From an uncultured Desulfobacterales bacterium (lineage in GTDB: Bacteria; Desulfobacterota; Desulfobacteria; Desulfobacterales; SpSt-501), in the NCBI GenBank assembly GCA_938048455.1, contig CALIUY010000012.1, forward strand, positions 154,538-218,537: a stretch of DNA of 64,000 nucleotides, in the 5' to 3' direction. Numbering within the stretch: position 1 is the stretch's first letter; each line of letters begins with the position of its first letter. A program made the translations under genes and the position numbers. Below are positions 40,498-49,403 of this stretch, one piece after another. The notes beneath the pieces are model-generated. The model saw only the letters and a list, made by a program, of their open reading frames with translations, did not search any database and had not been told where the DNA came from.

Positions 40498-41040
40498 CTA
40501 CCCGAAGCGAGCGTGCCAGGCGAGAAAACGCGCGACCGACTCCTCCCCGAAGCGCCGCAACCCGGCGAGCACTTCCTCCAGGGATTTCTCGGCCGGCCGT
40601 TTCTCCCCCGTTTTGGAGTAGAACTTGTCCGCCCAGCAGAGGATTTCCTCTTCGAGCGACACCGGCAACATGTCGCGCTCCGGGAGCGGAAGCCCCCGCC
40701 GCCGGATCTCTTCCGCGGTGATTCCCGCCCCGACGTGACGCTCGCAGGCGAGCGCATGCCGCGGCAGACCCTCGCGCTCGAGGATCCCGCGGCCGAGCAC
40801 CCCGTGGCAGATGTAGGGCGCCTCCCCATGGCAGCCGATGCCCGGGCTGTCGGTGAGAACGACCCCGATGTCGTGCAGGAGGGCGGCCTCCTCGAGGAAG
40901 GCGCGGTCGGGGGTCAGGGCGCGGAGCTTTTCGGCCGCGGCGAGCGCCCGGGCGGCCACCTGTTCGCCGTGCCGCAGCACGATCCGGAGAGCGGGCGATC
41001 CCGGAGGGAAGGTGCGGGCGAGAATCGTGCGCGGGTTCAT
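40498..41040 (-). CDS. HD-domain phosphohydrolase
   Basis: Start at MNPRTIL (41040). LLHDIGVV (HD motif). 180 aa. Confidence 0.75.
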   Translation of the reverse strand: MNPRTILARTFPPGSPALRIVLRHGEQVAARALAAAEKLRALTPDRAFLEEAALLHDIGVVLTDSPGIGCHGEAPYICHGVLGRGILEREGLPRHALACERHVGAGITAEEIRRRGLPLPERDMLPVSLEEEILCWADKFYSKTGEKRPAEKSLEEVLAGLRRFGEESVARFLAWHARFG

Positions 41041-41051
41041 CGCCGGGCGGG

Positions 41052-42168
41052 TCAGGCCGCTTTCGAGGCTCGGGTCCCGCGCGCGAGGAGAACCCCCTCG
41101 ATGAAGGGGTCGATCCCCCCGTCGAGGACCTCGTTCACGTTGCCGATTTCGAGCCCGATGCGGTGGTCCTTCACCATCTGGTAGGGCTGCAGGATGTAGG
41201 AGCGGATCTGGTTGCCCCAGGCGATCTCCTCCTTGCTCTCGTGGATCTCGCGCAGTTTTTCCTCCTGTTTTTGCTTCTCCAGCTGGTAGAGCCGCGCGCG
41301 CAGCACCTTCATCGCCAGGTCCCGATTGCGGTGCTGGGACTTCTCCTGCTGGCACTGGACCACGATCCCCGTCGGCAGGTGCGTGATGCGCACGGCGCTG
41401 CTCGTCTTGTTCACGTGCTGCCCGCCGGCGCCGCTGGCGCGGAAGACGTCGATGCGCAGGTCCTTCTCGTCGATGTCGAGGACGATCTCGTTTTCGAGCT
41501 CGGGGTAGACGAAGACCGAGGCAAAGGAGGTGTGCCGCTTTCCGCTCGCGTTGAAGGGCGAGATGCGCACCAGGCGGTGAACCCCGACTTCGGTCTTGAG
41601 GTAGCCGTAGGCGTTTTCTCCGGCGGCGGTGAACGTGGCGCTCTTGATTCCCGCCTCTTCTCCCGGCTGCAGGTCGATCAGCTCGAGGCGGTAGCCTTTG
41701 CGCTCGACCCAGCGGGTGTACATGCGCAAGAGCATCTCGGCCCAGTCTTGGGCTTCGGTTCCGCCGGCCCCGGCGTTGATGGAGACGATCGCGTTTTTGG
41801 CGTCGTCCTCGCCGTCGAGCATCAGCTCCAGGGAGAAGCGTTCGATCCGGCGCGCAAGGGCGTTCGCTTGGACGTGAAGGTCGGCGAGGGTGGCCTCGTC
41901 TTCCTCCGCAGCGGCGAGATCGTAGAGCTCCTCGGCGTCGCGCAGCTCGGAGTCGAGCCGCCGGAAGCGCTCGAGACGCTGGTGGAGGGCCGTGCGTTCC
42001 TTGAGCACGCTCCGGGCCTCCTCGGGCCGGTTCCAGAAGCCTTCCCGGGAGAGCTCGGTTTCGATTTCCTGCAACCGCCTTTCGATGCCGGCGGGGTCAA
42101 AGACAACCTCGGATCTTTTCGAGTCGGGACCTGGCCTCGCGCAGGGCCTGCTTGACTTCGTAGCTCAT
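41052..42168 (-). CDS. prfB: Peptide chain release factor 2 (requires a programmed +1 frameshift)
   Basis: Frame 0 reads MSYEVKQALREARSRLEKIRGCL, then TGA. Frame +1 continues DPAGIERRLQEIE... into ORF 41052..42074, which carries the SPF and GGQ motifs. Confidence 0.95.
42096..42102 (-). promoter_or_regulatory. prfB: prfB +1 ribosomal frameshift site, CTT TGA C
   Basis: The minus strand reads CGA GGT TGT CTT TGA C. This is the canonical slippery Leu codon plus in-frame UGA plus C, with an SD-like GAGG a few nt upstream. Confidence 0.9.
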
Positions 42169-42222
42169 GGGTCGGGTTCTCCTTTCCGGCGGTTTAGTAC
42201 GCGCCAAACGTCTTTCGCCCCT

Positions 42223-43836
42223 CTATATCACGGATCCGGCCGGCGGGGGCAGTCCTTTTTTGCGCTCCCGCCGCCTGCGCCGCAGACCGAGAAGCGAAAG
42301 CACGAGCGAGATCCCCAGCGCCGCTGCCGGCGCCAGGTCGCCCGCGGCGGCGTAAACCGTCTTTTCGGTGAGCAAGGGAAGCTCGCGCACGGCGACGGCC
42401 TCGACCTCGAGCGGGGTTGCCTCCTGCACGCGGCCCACCGGGTCGATGAAGGCGCTGATCCCGGTGTTGGCGGCACGGGCGAGCGCCCGGCGGGTCTCGA
42501 CCGCCCGAAGCACGGCGAGGGCGAAATGCTGGTAGGGCCCGGCGCTTTTGCCGTACCAGGCGTCGTTGGTGATCGTGATCAGCAGCTCGGCGCCGTTTTT
42601 GACGAGTGCCCGCGAAAGGGCGGGGAAGATGATCTCGTAGCAGATCTGGATGCCGAGCGTGCATCCCGCCATGGCGAGGGTGCGGCCCTCGGGCCCGGGC
42701 GTGAAATCGCCCACGTGCTCGACCATTTTCCCCAGAAACGGCAAGTACTCCTTGAAGGGCACATACTCGCCGTAGGGGACGAGGTGAGCCTTGTCGTAGC
42801 GGCCCAGCACCCGCGCCTCCGCCGGGGAGAGGAGAAAAGCGCTGTTGAAGTAATCGGCGGTTCCGCCGGCACGGAGCTCGTAGGCGGGGGCGCCGATGAG
42901 AAAGTGGGCGCGCGAGTCGGCGATGCCCTCGAGCAGCCGGCGTGTCGGAGGGATTTCGGCTAAAAAATAGAAGGGCGCCGCCGATTCGGGCCAGACGATG
43001 AGCTCGGAGGACCGCTGCTCCGCGACCCGGGAAAGGCGGACATAGGTGTCGATCGTGGCGGCCTGGAAGGCCGGATCCCATTTCAGGGACTGGGCGATGT
43101 TGCCCTGCAGGACGGCGACCCGCAGGCGGGGGGCCTCGGCCGTGCGGCGGTCGATTTCCGCGATGCGCAAAAGCCCGTAGCCCCAGACCGAAACGGCAAG
43201 GCCGGCGGCGGCCAGGGCGCAGGCGACCGCCGCCGGGCGGGAAACCCGGGACCCCTGCCAACGGCGCCCCGCGGCGGAGAGCAGCAACAAAAAGACCGCG
43301 GCGTTGGCCGCCGCGAGCACGGCGGTGATGCCGTAGGGCCCGGCGAGATCGGCGATCTGAATGAAGGGCAGCCAGCCGATCGGGGCGGTGCCGAGAAGAG
43401 CCCAGGGAAATCCGGTGAAAAGAAACGAGCGCAGGTATTCGAAACCCGCCCAGAACAGCGGCAGCGCCCAAAGCAGATGCACCGGCCGTCGCACGGCGAC
43501 GGCAAGGCCGGCCGCCACCGGGGCGACGAAGAGCAGGCTCAGCACGGCGGCGAAAAGAAAGAGGATTCCGACTGCAAGCGGCGGGGCGAGCCCTCCGTAG
43601 CGGACCATGGTGGGGATAAGCCAATAGAGGAGCGAGACGAAGTGGGCGATCCCGAAGACCATCGCCCGGCGGAAAGCCTCGCCGGGTCCCGCCTCCCGGA
43701 TCGCCCAGAGCAGCGGCACCAGGGCGATCGCCGACGCTGCGGCAAGCCCGATTTTCGGAAAGGCGGCCGTGAGCAACACACCGCCGCCGGCCGCAAGAAG
43801 GCCCTTGCGGATTTCGTCGTGAAGAGGCGGGGCCAT
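42223..43836 (-). CDS. lnt: Apolipoprotein N-acyltransferase
   Basis: Start chosen at MAPPLHDE (43836). N-terminal multi-TM region and a C-terminal CN-hydrolase domain with ICYEIIFP. Confidence 0.85.
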   Translation of the reverse strand: MAPPLHDEIRKGLLAAGGGVLLTAAFPKIGLAAASAIALVPLLWAIREAGPGEAFRRAMVFGIAHFVSLLYWLIPTMVRYGGLAPPLAVGILFLFAAVLSLLFVAPVAAGLAVAVRRPVHLLWALPLFWAGFEYLRSFLFTGFPWALLGTAPIGWLPFIQIADLAGPYGITAVLAAANAAVFLLLLSAAGRRWQGSRVSRPAAVACALAAAGLAVSVWGYGLLRIAEIDRRTAEAPRLRVAVLQGNIAQSLKWDPAFQAATIDTYVRLSRVAEQRSSELIVWPESAAPFYFLAEIPPTRRLLEGIADSRAHFLIGAPAYELRAGGTADYFNSAFLLSPAEARVLGRYDKAHLVPYGEYVPFKEYLPFLGKMVEHVGDFTPGPEGRTLAMAGCTLGIQICYEIIFPALSRALVKNGAELLITITNDAWYGKSAGPYQHFALAVLRAVETRRALARAANTGISAFIDPVGRVQEATPLEVEAVAVRELPLLTEKTVYAAAGDLAPAAALGISLVLSLLGLRRRRRERKKGLPPPAGSVI

Positions 43837-44058
43837 CGAACTCCGGAGCGCAGGAGGATTTCGCGGCTTGCGGGGAGCCTTTCGCCCGCGGCCGCGCATT
43901 CTCACGGAAAAGCATCGATCCGTCAACCCGGCGTTTCAAAGATCCGGCTTGACACCCGGCGGGCTGCGGCGCTATCGCAGAGGCCCAAGACCCCGGGCCC
44001 CGGGATCTGCCTGCGGTCCGGGGGAGCCGCGGAACCAGGTAAGCCGGAGAATCCCCTC

Positions 44059-44442
44059 ATGCCCACCCCCATTCGAATCGAGATCGAGACCCTCGTTTTG
44101 CGCGGCGAGTTCAACGACACGGCCGCCGGCCGGGCGCTGGCCGCCGGGCTGCCCCTCGAATGCGATTGGTCGCGCTGGGGCGAGGAATACTACGGCACGA
44201 CCCGCCCGCGCTTCGGAGCCTACCCCGGAGAGACGGTCGAGGTGCTGGAAATCGGCGATCTCGCCTACCACGGGCCGAGCGGATGGTTCTGCCTGTTCTT
44301 CGGGCCGACTCCGGCCAGTCGGGGCTCCGAGCCTCGGGCGGCCGCGCCGGTGTTGAAAGTCGGCCGCGTCCAGGGCGATTTCGAGGCCCTCCGGGCGCTG
44401 GGCGCGCAGGTGAAGGCCTGGGTGCGGCCGGATGGCCCGTAA
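44059..44442 (+). CDS. Cyclophilin-like fold protein (small, uncharacterised)
   Basis: 127 aa. The pattern [29 protein letters not shown]...WGEEYY is typical of the TM1367/cyclophilin-like family. Confidence 0.6.
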   Translation: MPTPIRIEIETLVLRGEFNDTAAGRALAAGLPLECDWSRWGEEYYGTTRPRFGAYPGETVEVLEIGDLAYHGPSGWFCLFFGPTPASRGSEPRAAAPVLKVGRVQGDFEALRALGAQVKAWVRPDGP

Positions 44443-44551
44443 ACCGAAGCGCTCGCGACGGCGTCTAAAGGGTTTGAACGGGGTCTGCGGAAGATCGTCG
44501 AGACGCCGGGGAAAGCGCTGTTGCCGAACGGAGGCCCTCAGAGGCGGGGAT

Positions 44552-44580
44552 TTGTCAAATGCGGGTCCTTCGTTTAGGAT
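44552..44580 (+). promoter_or_regulatory. Candidate sigma70-like promoter immediately upstream of the ECF sigma gene
   Basis: TTGTCA, 17-nt spacer, TAGGAT. The -10 element ends 9 nt before the GTG at 44590. An ECF-style TGAAC-N16-CGTC lies at 44475-44499. Confidence 0.35.
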
Positions 44581-44589
44581 CGATCTCTT

Positions 44590-45330
44590 GTGAGCGCGCC
44601 CGACCCCAAGGCCCGGCTTTCCGGAGTGAACCCCGGCTCCGGCGGCGCGGCACACCCTTCCGCGACGGCGCCGAGGGAGCGGTCTTCCGCCGCGGTCGCC
44701 CCGGCGGAGACGGATGCCCTCCTGGTCGACCGCGCCCGCCGGGGTGACCCAGGCGCAGCCGAGCAGCTGATCCGGCGGTACCAAAACCGGGTGCATCGGA
44801 TCGTCTTTCCGCTCTGCGGATTCGATGCCGAAGAGGCCCGGGATGTCGTCCAGGATGTCTTCCTGCAGGTATTCCGGAGTCTGCCGGCGTTCGAGGGGCG
44901 CTCGCGGTTTTCCACCTGGCTCTATCGCATCGCCGTGAACGCCGCTCACGACGCCCGCAGGCGCAGACGGCGCTGGCGCGACTTCTTCTTCCGCGGACGG
45001 CGCGGCGGGGAAAAGGACGATGCGGATGAGCTCGAGGACCCGATGGCGGCGGCGATGGCTCCTCCGGAGGAAACCGACCCCGTCTTCCGCATCGCGGCGG
45101 GCGAGCTGGAGCGCGAGGTGCGGCGCGCCGTGGGGCGGCTCTCCCGGCATCAACGGACGGTCTTCACCCTGAAGGTATTCCAGGAGATGAGCCTTTCCGA
45201 AATCGCGGAGCTGACCGGGATGGCCGAGGGCACCGTCAAATCGCACCTGTTCCGGGCGACGCGCAGTCTGCGCAAGCAACTCGGAACGCTCCTGGATCGG
45301 CAGGTCCCCGGGGGGGGAGGTTCTTCATGA
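44590..45330 (+). CDS. ECF-type RNA polymerase sigma factor
   Basis: Region 2 (DVVQDVFLQVFRSL, FSTWLYRIAVNAAHD) and region 4 (SLSEIAELTGMAEGTVKSHLFRA). It has a long Ala/Pro-rich N-terminal extension, and the GTG start is uncertain. Confidence 0.85.
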   Translation: MSAPDPKARLSGVNPGSGGAAHPSATAPRERSSAAVAPAETDALLVDRARRGDPGAAEQLIRRYQNRVHRIVFPLCGFDAEEARDVVQDVFLQVFRSLPAFEGRSRFSTWLYRIAVNAAHDARRRRRRWRDFFFRGRRGGEKDDADELEDPMAAAMAPPEETDPVFRIAAGELEREVRRAVGRLSRHQRTVFTLKVFQEMSLSEIAELTGMAEGTVKSHLFRATRSLRKQLGTLLDRQVPGGGGSS

Positions 45331-45908
45331 AGGAGCCGCTCTGTCTGCAACTCGAGCAGGACCTGCTGCTGCAGGTCACGGGGGAGCCGCCCGGCGATTC
45401 CGCCCGGCGCCGGCTTGTGGAAGCCCACCTGCGGCAGTGCGCGCTCTGCCGTGCGGAGCAAGAACGGCTGATCCGGCTTTTCGCCGCCGGGCGGCGCGCG
45501 GCAGACTCCCCGGAGCTCTCGCCGGCCCAGGTCGACCGGCTCTGCGCCGCGGTCCGAAGCGCTCTGGAGAAGCCACCGTCTCGGGGCTGGAGGGCATGGT
45601 TCGGCGGAGGGTTTCCGCGACCGCTTCCGGCCCTTGCCGCCGCTCTCGTGCTTGTGGTCGCCGTGGGGGGAGGCGTTCGATTTTTCCTGGAGCGGCCGGA
45701 GGCGCCCGGCGAGGCGGAAAGGGTATCCGAGTGGAGCCCCCACGATATCGAGGTGATCCGCCATTTCGAGCTTCTGCGGGAGCTGGAGACGATCGAAAAG
45801 ATCGTTCACGTGGTCGATCTCTTTGACGCCCCATCGGGCAACCCCGAGGGGCCGGAAGAGGAAAGGCAAAAGGGAGGGGATGAGGCGCGCAGCGAAAAAA
45901 CGGCCTGA
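45327..45908 (+). CDS. Anti-sigma factor (zf-HC2 type, single TM)
   Basis: ATGA overlap with the sigma gene. HLRQCALC motif and a central TM helix (LPALAAALVLVVAVGG). Confidence 0.75.
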   Translation: MKEPLCLQLEQDLLLQVTGEPPGDSARRRLVEAHLRQCALCRAEQERLIRLFAAGRRAADSPELSPAQVDRLCAAVRSALEKPPSRGWRAWFGGGFPRPLPALAAALVLVVAVGGGVRFFLERPEAPGEAERVSEWSPHDIEVIRHFELLRELETIEKIVHVVDLFDAPSGNPEGPEEERQKGGDEARSEKTA

Positions 45909-46368
45909 GGCCGTCCATCCGGGCGTGCGGGCGGCATGGAGTCTTCTCGTGGCCGCGTGCTTCATTTTCCGGGCGGGGACGGCCGTTTCCGCCGCGAATT
46001 CTTTTTCCCATGTCCCGGCTCCCTCCCCCCCGGCGGCCGCCGCCCCCGAAGGCGGCGCATGGCTCTCACAGCGCGACGGTCCTTCCCGTTCGTTTCTCGA
46101 TCAGTTTCCTCCCGAGGAGCGGCCGCGCATGGAAGAGCGCTATCGCCAATTCCAGCAGCTTCCGCCCGACCAGCGCGAGCAGCTCCGGCGGCGTTACGAG
46201 GAATGGAACCGCATGTCACCGGGCGAGCGCGATCGCTACGAGCAGCGCTACCGCCAGTGGCAGCAGATGCCGCCCGAGGAACGGCGGCGCATGGAAGACC
46301 AGCTGCAACGCTGGGACCGACTCTCGCCCCACGAGCGCGATTCGATCCGCAGGCGCTTCCGGGACTGA
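45880..46368 (+). CDS. DUF3106-like periplasmic repeat protein
   Basis: ATG at 45880 after GGGAGGGG. Signal peptide. About four repeats of the R..Y..W..(M/L)(S/P)P.ER pattern. Confidence 0.7.
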   Translation: MRRAAKKRPEAVHPGVRAAWSLLVAACFIFRAGTAVSAANSFSHVPAPSPPAAAAPEGGAWLSQRDGPSRSFLDQFPPEERPRMEERYRQFQQLPPDQREQLRRRYEEWNRMSPGERDRYEQRYRQWQQMPPEERRRMEDQLQRWDRLSPHERDSIRRRFRD

Positions 46369-46617
46369 CTGCCGCATCGAGTCTTTCCCCGCCCTTTTGC
46401 GTTTCCCATTTTTCTAGCAAGCAATTTCCGGCTTCTTCCCGGGACATTTCTCCTGTTGCCCGGCGTTGAGAACCTTCGCCGATGCGGAATCGCGATGGCC
46501 CCTCCGGCGGTCCGGGTTTCCCCGTCGAGAAAATCCACACCCCTTAATTTTCTGAATGCCCGCTCTGCCAGAATAGATTCCCTTTTCGGACCACCATATC
46601 TGGTGTTGCAATTCTGC

Positions 46618-46645
46618 TTGACACGGACAACCGCTCGGTTATAAA
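46618..46645 (+). promoter_or_regulatory. Near-consensus sigma70 promoter upstream of the ATP-grasp gene
   Basis: TTGACA, 16-nt spacer, TATAAA. It lies inside a 360-bp non-coding stretch that is A/T-richer than its surroundings. Confidence 0.6.
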
Positions 46646-46728
46646 CGGGGATAACCATAGAGGGTGACATAAAAAACGGCGTTCCCGGACCGCAAGATCC
46701 AAAACCGGAAATGGGGAGAAATTCGTAG

Positions 46729-47766
46729 GTGAACGTTAACTTCGTTGGAAAACACCTGCGGATTTTTTTGCTCTTCGATCTCGATTCCGCATGGACCGCG
46801 GCGGAGCGGGCCGAGGTCTTCGAGGCCCAGGATCGGCTCACCTCGCGGCTGGCGGAAGAGGGTTATCGGATCGAGCCCTTTGCGGTGGAGGACCGCCGTT
46901 TCGCCTCGCGCCTCGGGGAGATCGACCCGGGGCGCGCGCTTTTTTTTAACTGGTGCGAAGGCATCCCGGGAATCCGGCACAGCGAATGGATCGTCGTCCG
47001 CGCCCTTGAGGAGCGCGGGCTGGTCTTCACCGGGTCGGGATCCCAAACGCTCGCGCTGAGCTACCAAAAGCACCGCGTCAAAAGCTTGCTTGCCGCGCAA
47101 GGCCTTCCCACCCCGCCGTGGCGGATCTTCGACCGGCCGCCTGCCCCGGGCGAGTGGGAGCGCTTTCCGGCCATCGTCAAGCCCGCCGTCGGCCACTGCA
47201 GCGACTGGGTGACCTCGGAGTCGGTGGTGATGGATGCCGGCGAGCTGCGCGAGCGGGTCGAAACCCTGCTCGCCTGCTCCGGCATCCCCGCGCTGGTCGA
47301 GGAATTCATCGACGGCCGCGAATTTCACGTCTCGCTCTGGGGCAACGGCACGATCCGCATGCTGCCGCCGGCGGAGATGGACTTTTCGTGCTTGAACGAC
47401 GTCCGCGAGCGGCTCTGCACCTACGACGCCAAGTTCACTCCCGGCTCCATCCCCTACGAGAAGATCCGCACGCTGCTTCCCGCTCCCCTGGAGGATGCCG
47501 AGCGCGCCGCTCTCGAGCGCACCTGTCGCCTGGCCTACCGCGCGGTGGGCTGCCGGGACTACGGACGGCTCGACGTGCGGCTGCGGGACGGCGTTTTTTA
47601 CGTCCTCGACGTGAATCCCAACCCCGACATCAGCGAGGATGCCAGCATGGCGAGCGCGGCCGAGGTCGAAGGGTTCTCCCACGCCGCGATGGCCGAGACC
47701 CTCATCCGGCTCGCCTGCCTGCGGCACCCAGCGCAGGCAGCCCCCGCCGCGGTCACGGCGCACTGA
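46729..47766 (+). CDS. ATP-grasp enzyme of the D-alanine--D-alanine ligase family
   Basis: GTG start with GGGGAG upstream. 345 aa. ATP-grasp pattern (PAIVKPA, LVEEFIDGREF, YVLDVNPNP). Confidence 0.75.
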   Translation: MNVNFVGKHLRIFLLFDLDSAWTAAERAEVFEAQDRLTSRLAEEGYRIEPFAVEDRRFASRLGEIDPGRALFFNWCEGIPGIRHSEWIVVRALEERGLVFTGSGSQTLALSYQKHRVKSLLAAQGLPTPPWRIFDRPPAPGEWERFPAIVKPAVGHCSDWVTSESVVMDAGELRERVETLLACSGIPALVEEFIDGREFHVSLWGNGTIRMLPPAEMDFSCLNDVRERLCTYDAKFTPGSIPYEKIRTLLPAPLEDAERAALERTCRLAYRAVGCRDYGRLDVRLRDGVFYVLDVNPNPDISEDASMASAAEVEGFSHAAMAETLIRLACLRHPAQAAPAAVTAH

Positions 47767-47786
47767 ATCCCCTCTGCGGCGGCGTC

Positions 47787-48764
47787 CTACCAGACTGGCA
47801 GATCAAACTTCGGCCGCCGCCGAGAGTCGAACAGACCCCAGTGGGGGCCGACCCCGCCCCGTTCCCTCTCCTTCCAGGGCTCGTCGAACATTTCAAACAG
47901 CAGCACCCCCAAACCGCGCTCTCGGGCGTAGCGGGACAGGTCGTGGACGAAGCGCCGTTGCGCCGCAACCCCGGGTCGCGCCGGACCGTGCGGGGTCCCG
48001 GCGCTCGGCCAGCCGGTCTCGCCGATGAAAAGCGGCTTTCCCAGCCCGCGGAAGCCTTCCTCCAGGCGCCGGATCGAGGCTTCCAGGTTTTCGTACACGG
48101 CGCGTTCGACGGCGACGGGGGCGAAAAAGGGATGCACGTTGACGAGCAGGAAATCCACATGCGGCGCAACCTGCCTCGCCTCCGCCCTTGCCGCGTCGAC
48201 GGCGGCGGTCATCGACAGCGCGACCGTCACCGGAAGCTCCCTTCCCGCCTGCCTAAGCTGCCGGCGCAGGGCGGCGGCGCCGGCGACCCACTCCTCGGCG
48301 CGCACCGGCTCGGGGCAGGCCTCCGGCTCCCCGGGGAGGCACTCGTTTCCGATCACGAGCGCGGCGATGTTGGCGCAGGATCGCGCCAGGGCCACGGCGG
48401 AGGCGAGCTGGGCCCGCGTGCGGGGCGAAAACGGGATCCCCCCTCCGCCTGCACCGCAGGTGTGGACCCCGAGCAGAAAACGGAGCTCCGGCGCATGCCG
48501 CTCGGCAAGCGGCGCGATGCGGGAGAGCACGCCCTCCAGCCCGTAGGTGCGCACCCGGCGGAAGCCCGCCTGCACGATCGTGCGCAGGTCCTCGACGATC
48601 TCGGCATCCGTCGGCTCTTCGGGGCCGCCGGGGTAGAGCCCCGGACGGTGGAACGGACCGTAATTGACGCCGACAAAAGAGCCGTCGGGAAAAGCCGCCG
48701 TCGGCGTCCCGAGCAGAACGAGGAGCAGCGCCCACCGCCTGAAGCTGATCGCGCGGGCTTCCAT
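47787..48764 (-). CDS. Glycoside hydrolase family 17 (beta-1,3-glucanase-like), secreted
   Basis: Signal peptide. GVNYGP, VIGNE and GETGWPS catalytic-region motifs typical of GH17. Confidence 0.8.
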   Translation of the reverse strand: MEARAISFRRWALLLVLLGTPTAAFPDGSFVGVNYGPFHRPGLYPGGPEEPTDAEIVEDLRTIVQAGFRRVRTYGLEGVLSRIAPLAERHAPELRFLLGVHTCGAGGGGIPFSPRTRAQLASAVALARSCANIAALVIGNECLPGEPEACPEPVRAEEWVAGAAALRRQLRQAGRELPVTVALSMTAAVDAARAEARQVAPHVDFLLVNVHPFFAPVAVERAVYENLEASIRRLEEGFRGLGKPLFIGETGWPSAGTPHGPARPGVAAQRRFVHDLSRYARERGLGVLLFEMFDEPWKERERGGVGPHWGLFDSRRRPKFDLPVW

Positions 48765-48768
48765 GGAG

Positions 48769-49254
48769 TCAGCGGGCGCGGCTCCAGCGGATGCGGTGGC
48801 CGGGGCGGATCCCGTAGCGCTCGGCGAAGCCGGCGCGGGCCTCGACCACGTAGCGTGCCGGACCGGCCGAAGGGTAGAGCCGCTCGGAGAAAGGGACGGT
48901 GTGGGCGGCGATGTTCAGGATTCTCTTTTCTTCGTCCACGAAGAAGATGTCGAGCGGGGTGGGGGTATCGCGCATCCAGAAGGCGAGGGGACGGGCGCGG
49001 TCGAAGAGAAAGAGCATCCCGTAGAGATGATCGGAGAGCAGCCGACCCATCAGGCCGCGGGCGTGCTCCTCGGGCTTGCGGGCCGTTTCCACGATCAGCC
49101 GGGCGAGAACGCGTTCGTCGCCGTCGAGAAACTCGACCACGGCGTCCGCGCGGACAGGAGGGGTGCCCGTCGCCGGGGCCGCCCAGAGCACGGCAGCCGC
49201 GAACACCCCGTAACGCAGAAGCCGCCTCGAGTTGCGGTTTACTTGCGCGCGCAT
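48769..49254 (-). CDS. DUF192 domain protein
   Basis: 161 aa with a signal-like N-terminus. GLMGR...GMLFLF...FWMRDTPTPLDIFF matches the DUF192 pattern. Confidence 0.7.
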   Translation of the reverse strand: MRAQVNRNSRRLLRYGVFAAAVLWAAPATGTPPVRADAVVEFLDGDERVLARLIVETARKPEEHARGLMGRLLSDHLYGMLFLFDRARPLAFWMRDTPTPLDIFFVDEEKRILNIAAHTVPFSERLYPSAGPARYVVEARAGFAERYGIRPGHRIRWSRAR

Positions 49255-49308
49255 GGTTTCTTGTATCGCGGGACGGACGAAGACTCAACCCCGCCTCGGC
49301 GCTCGGCA

Positions 49309-49337
49309 TTGACAGGGCGGCTAGTCTCGGCTAGAGG
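49309..49337 (+). promoter_or_regulatory. Candidate promoter upstream of the beta-CASP gene
   Basis: TTGACA, 17-nt spacer, TAGAGG (weak -10 element). Confidence 0.3.
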
Positions 49338-49403
49338 TTTGCAGCCGCCATCCTCGCCCGCTTCGCCCGCGGACGGGATGTCGAGCCCGAAAGGTTCCCC
49401 TGC

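Noticed and set aside
37164-40829. N-terminal 1222 codons of the 1713-aa minus-strand ORF (35688..40829)
   Set aside because: Only the last 491 codons, starting at a signal-peptide Met at 37163, look like a real protein. The remainder is extremely Arg/Gly/Pro/Ala-rich. It runs antisense to the well-supported nfnA and nfnB genes and out of frame across tatD. This is a typical high-GC shadow ORF.
46414-46841. Small ORFs inside the 46369-46728 non-coding island (for example 46456..46644 +, 46414..46611 -, 46248..46841 -)
   Set aside because: They have no RBS, odd composition and overlapping mutually exclusive frames. The 197-aa minus ORF runs antisense into both neighbouring genes.
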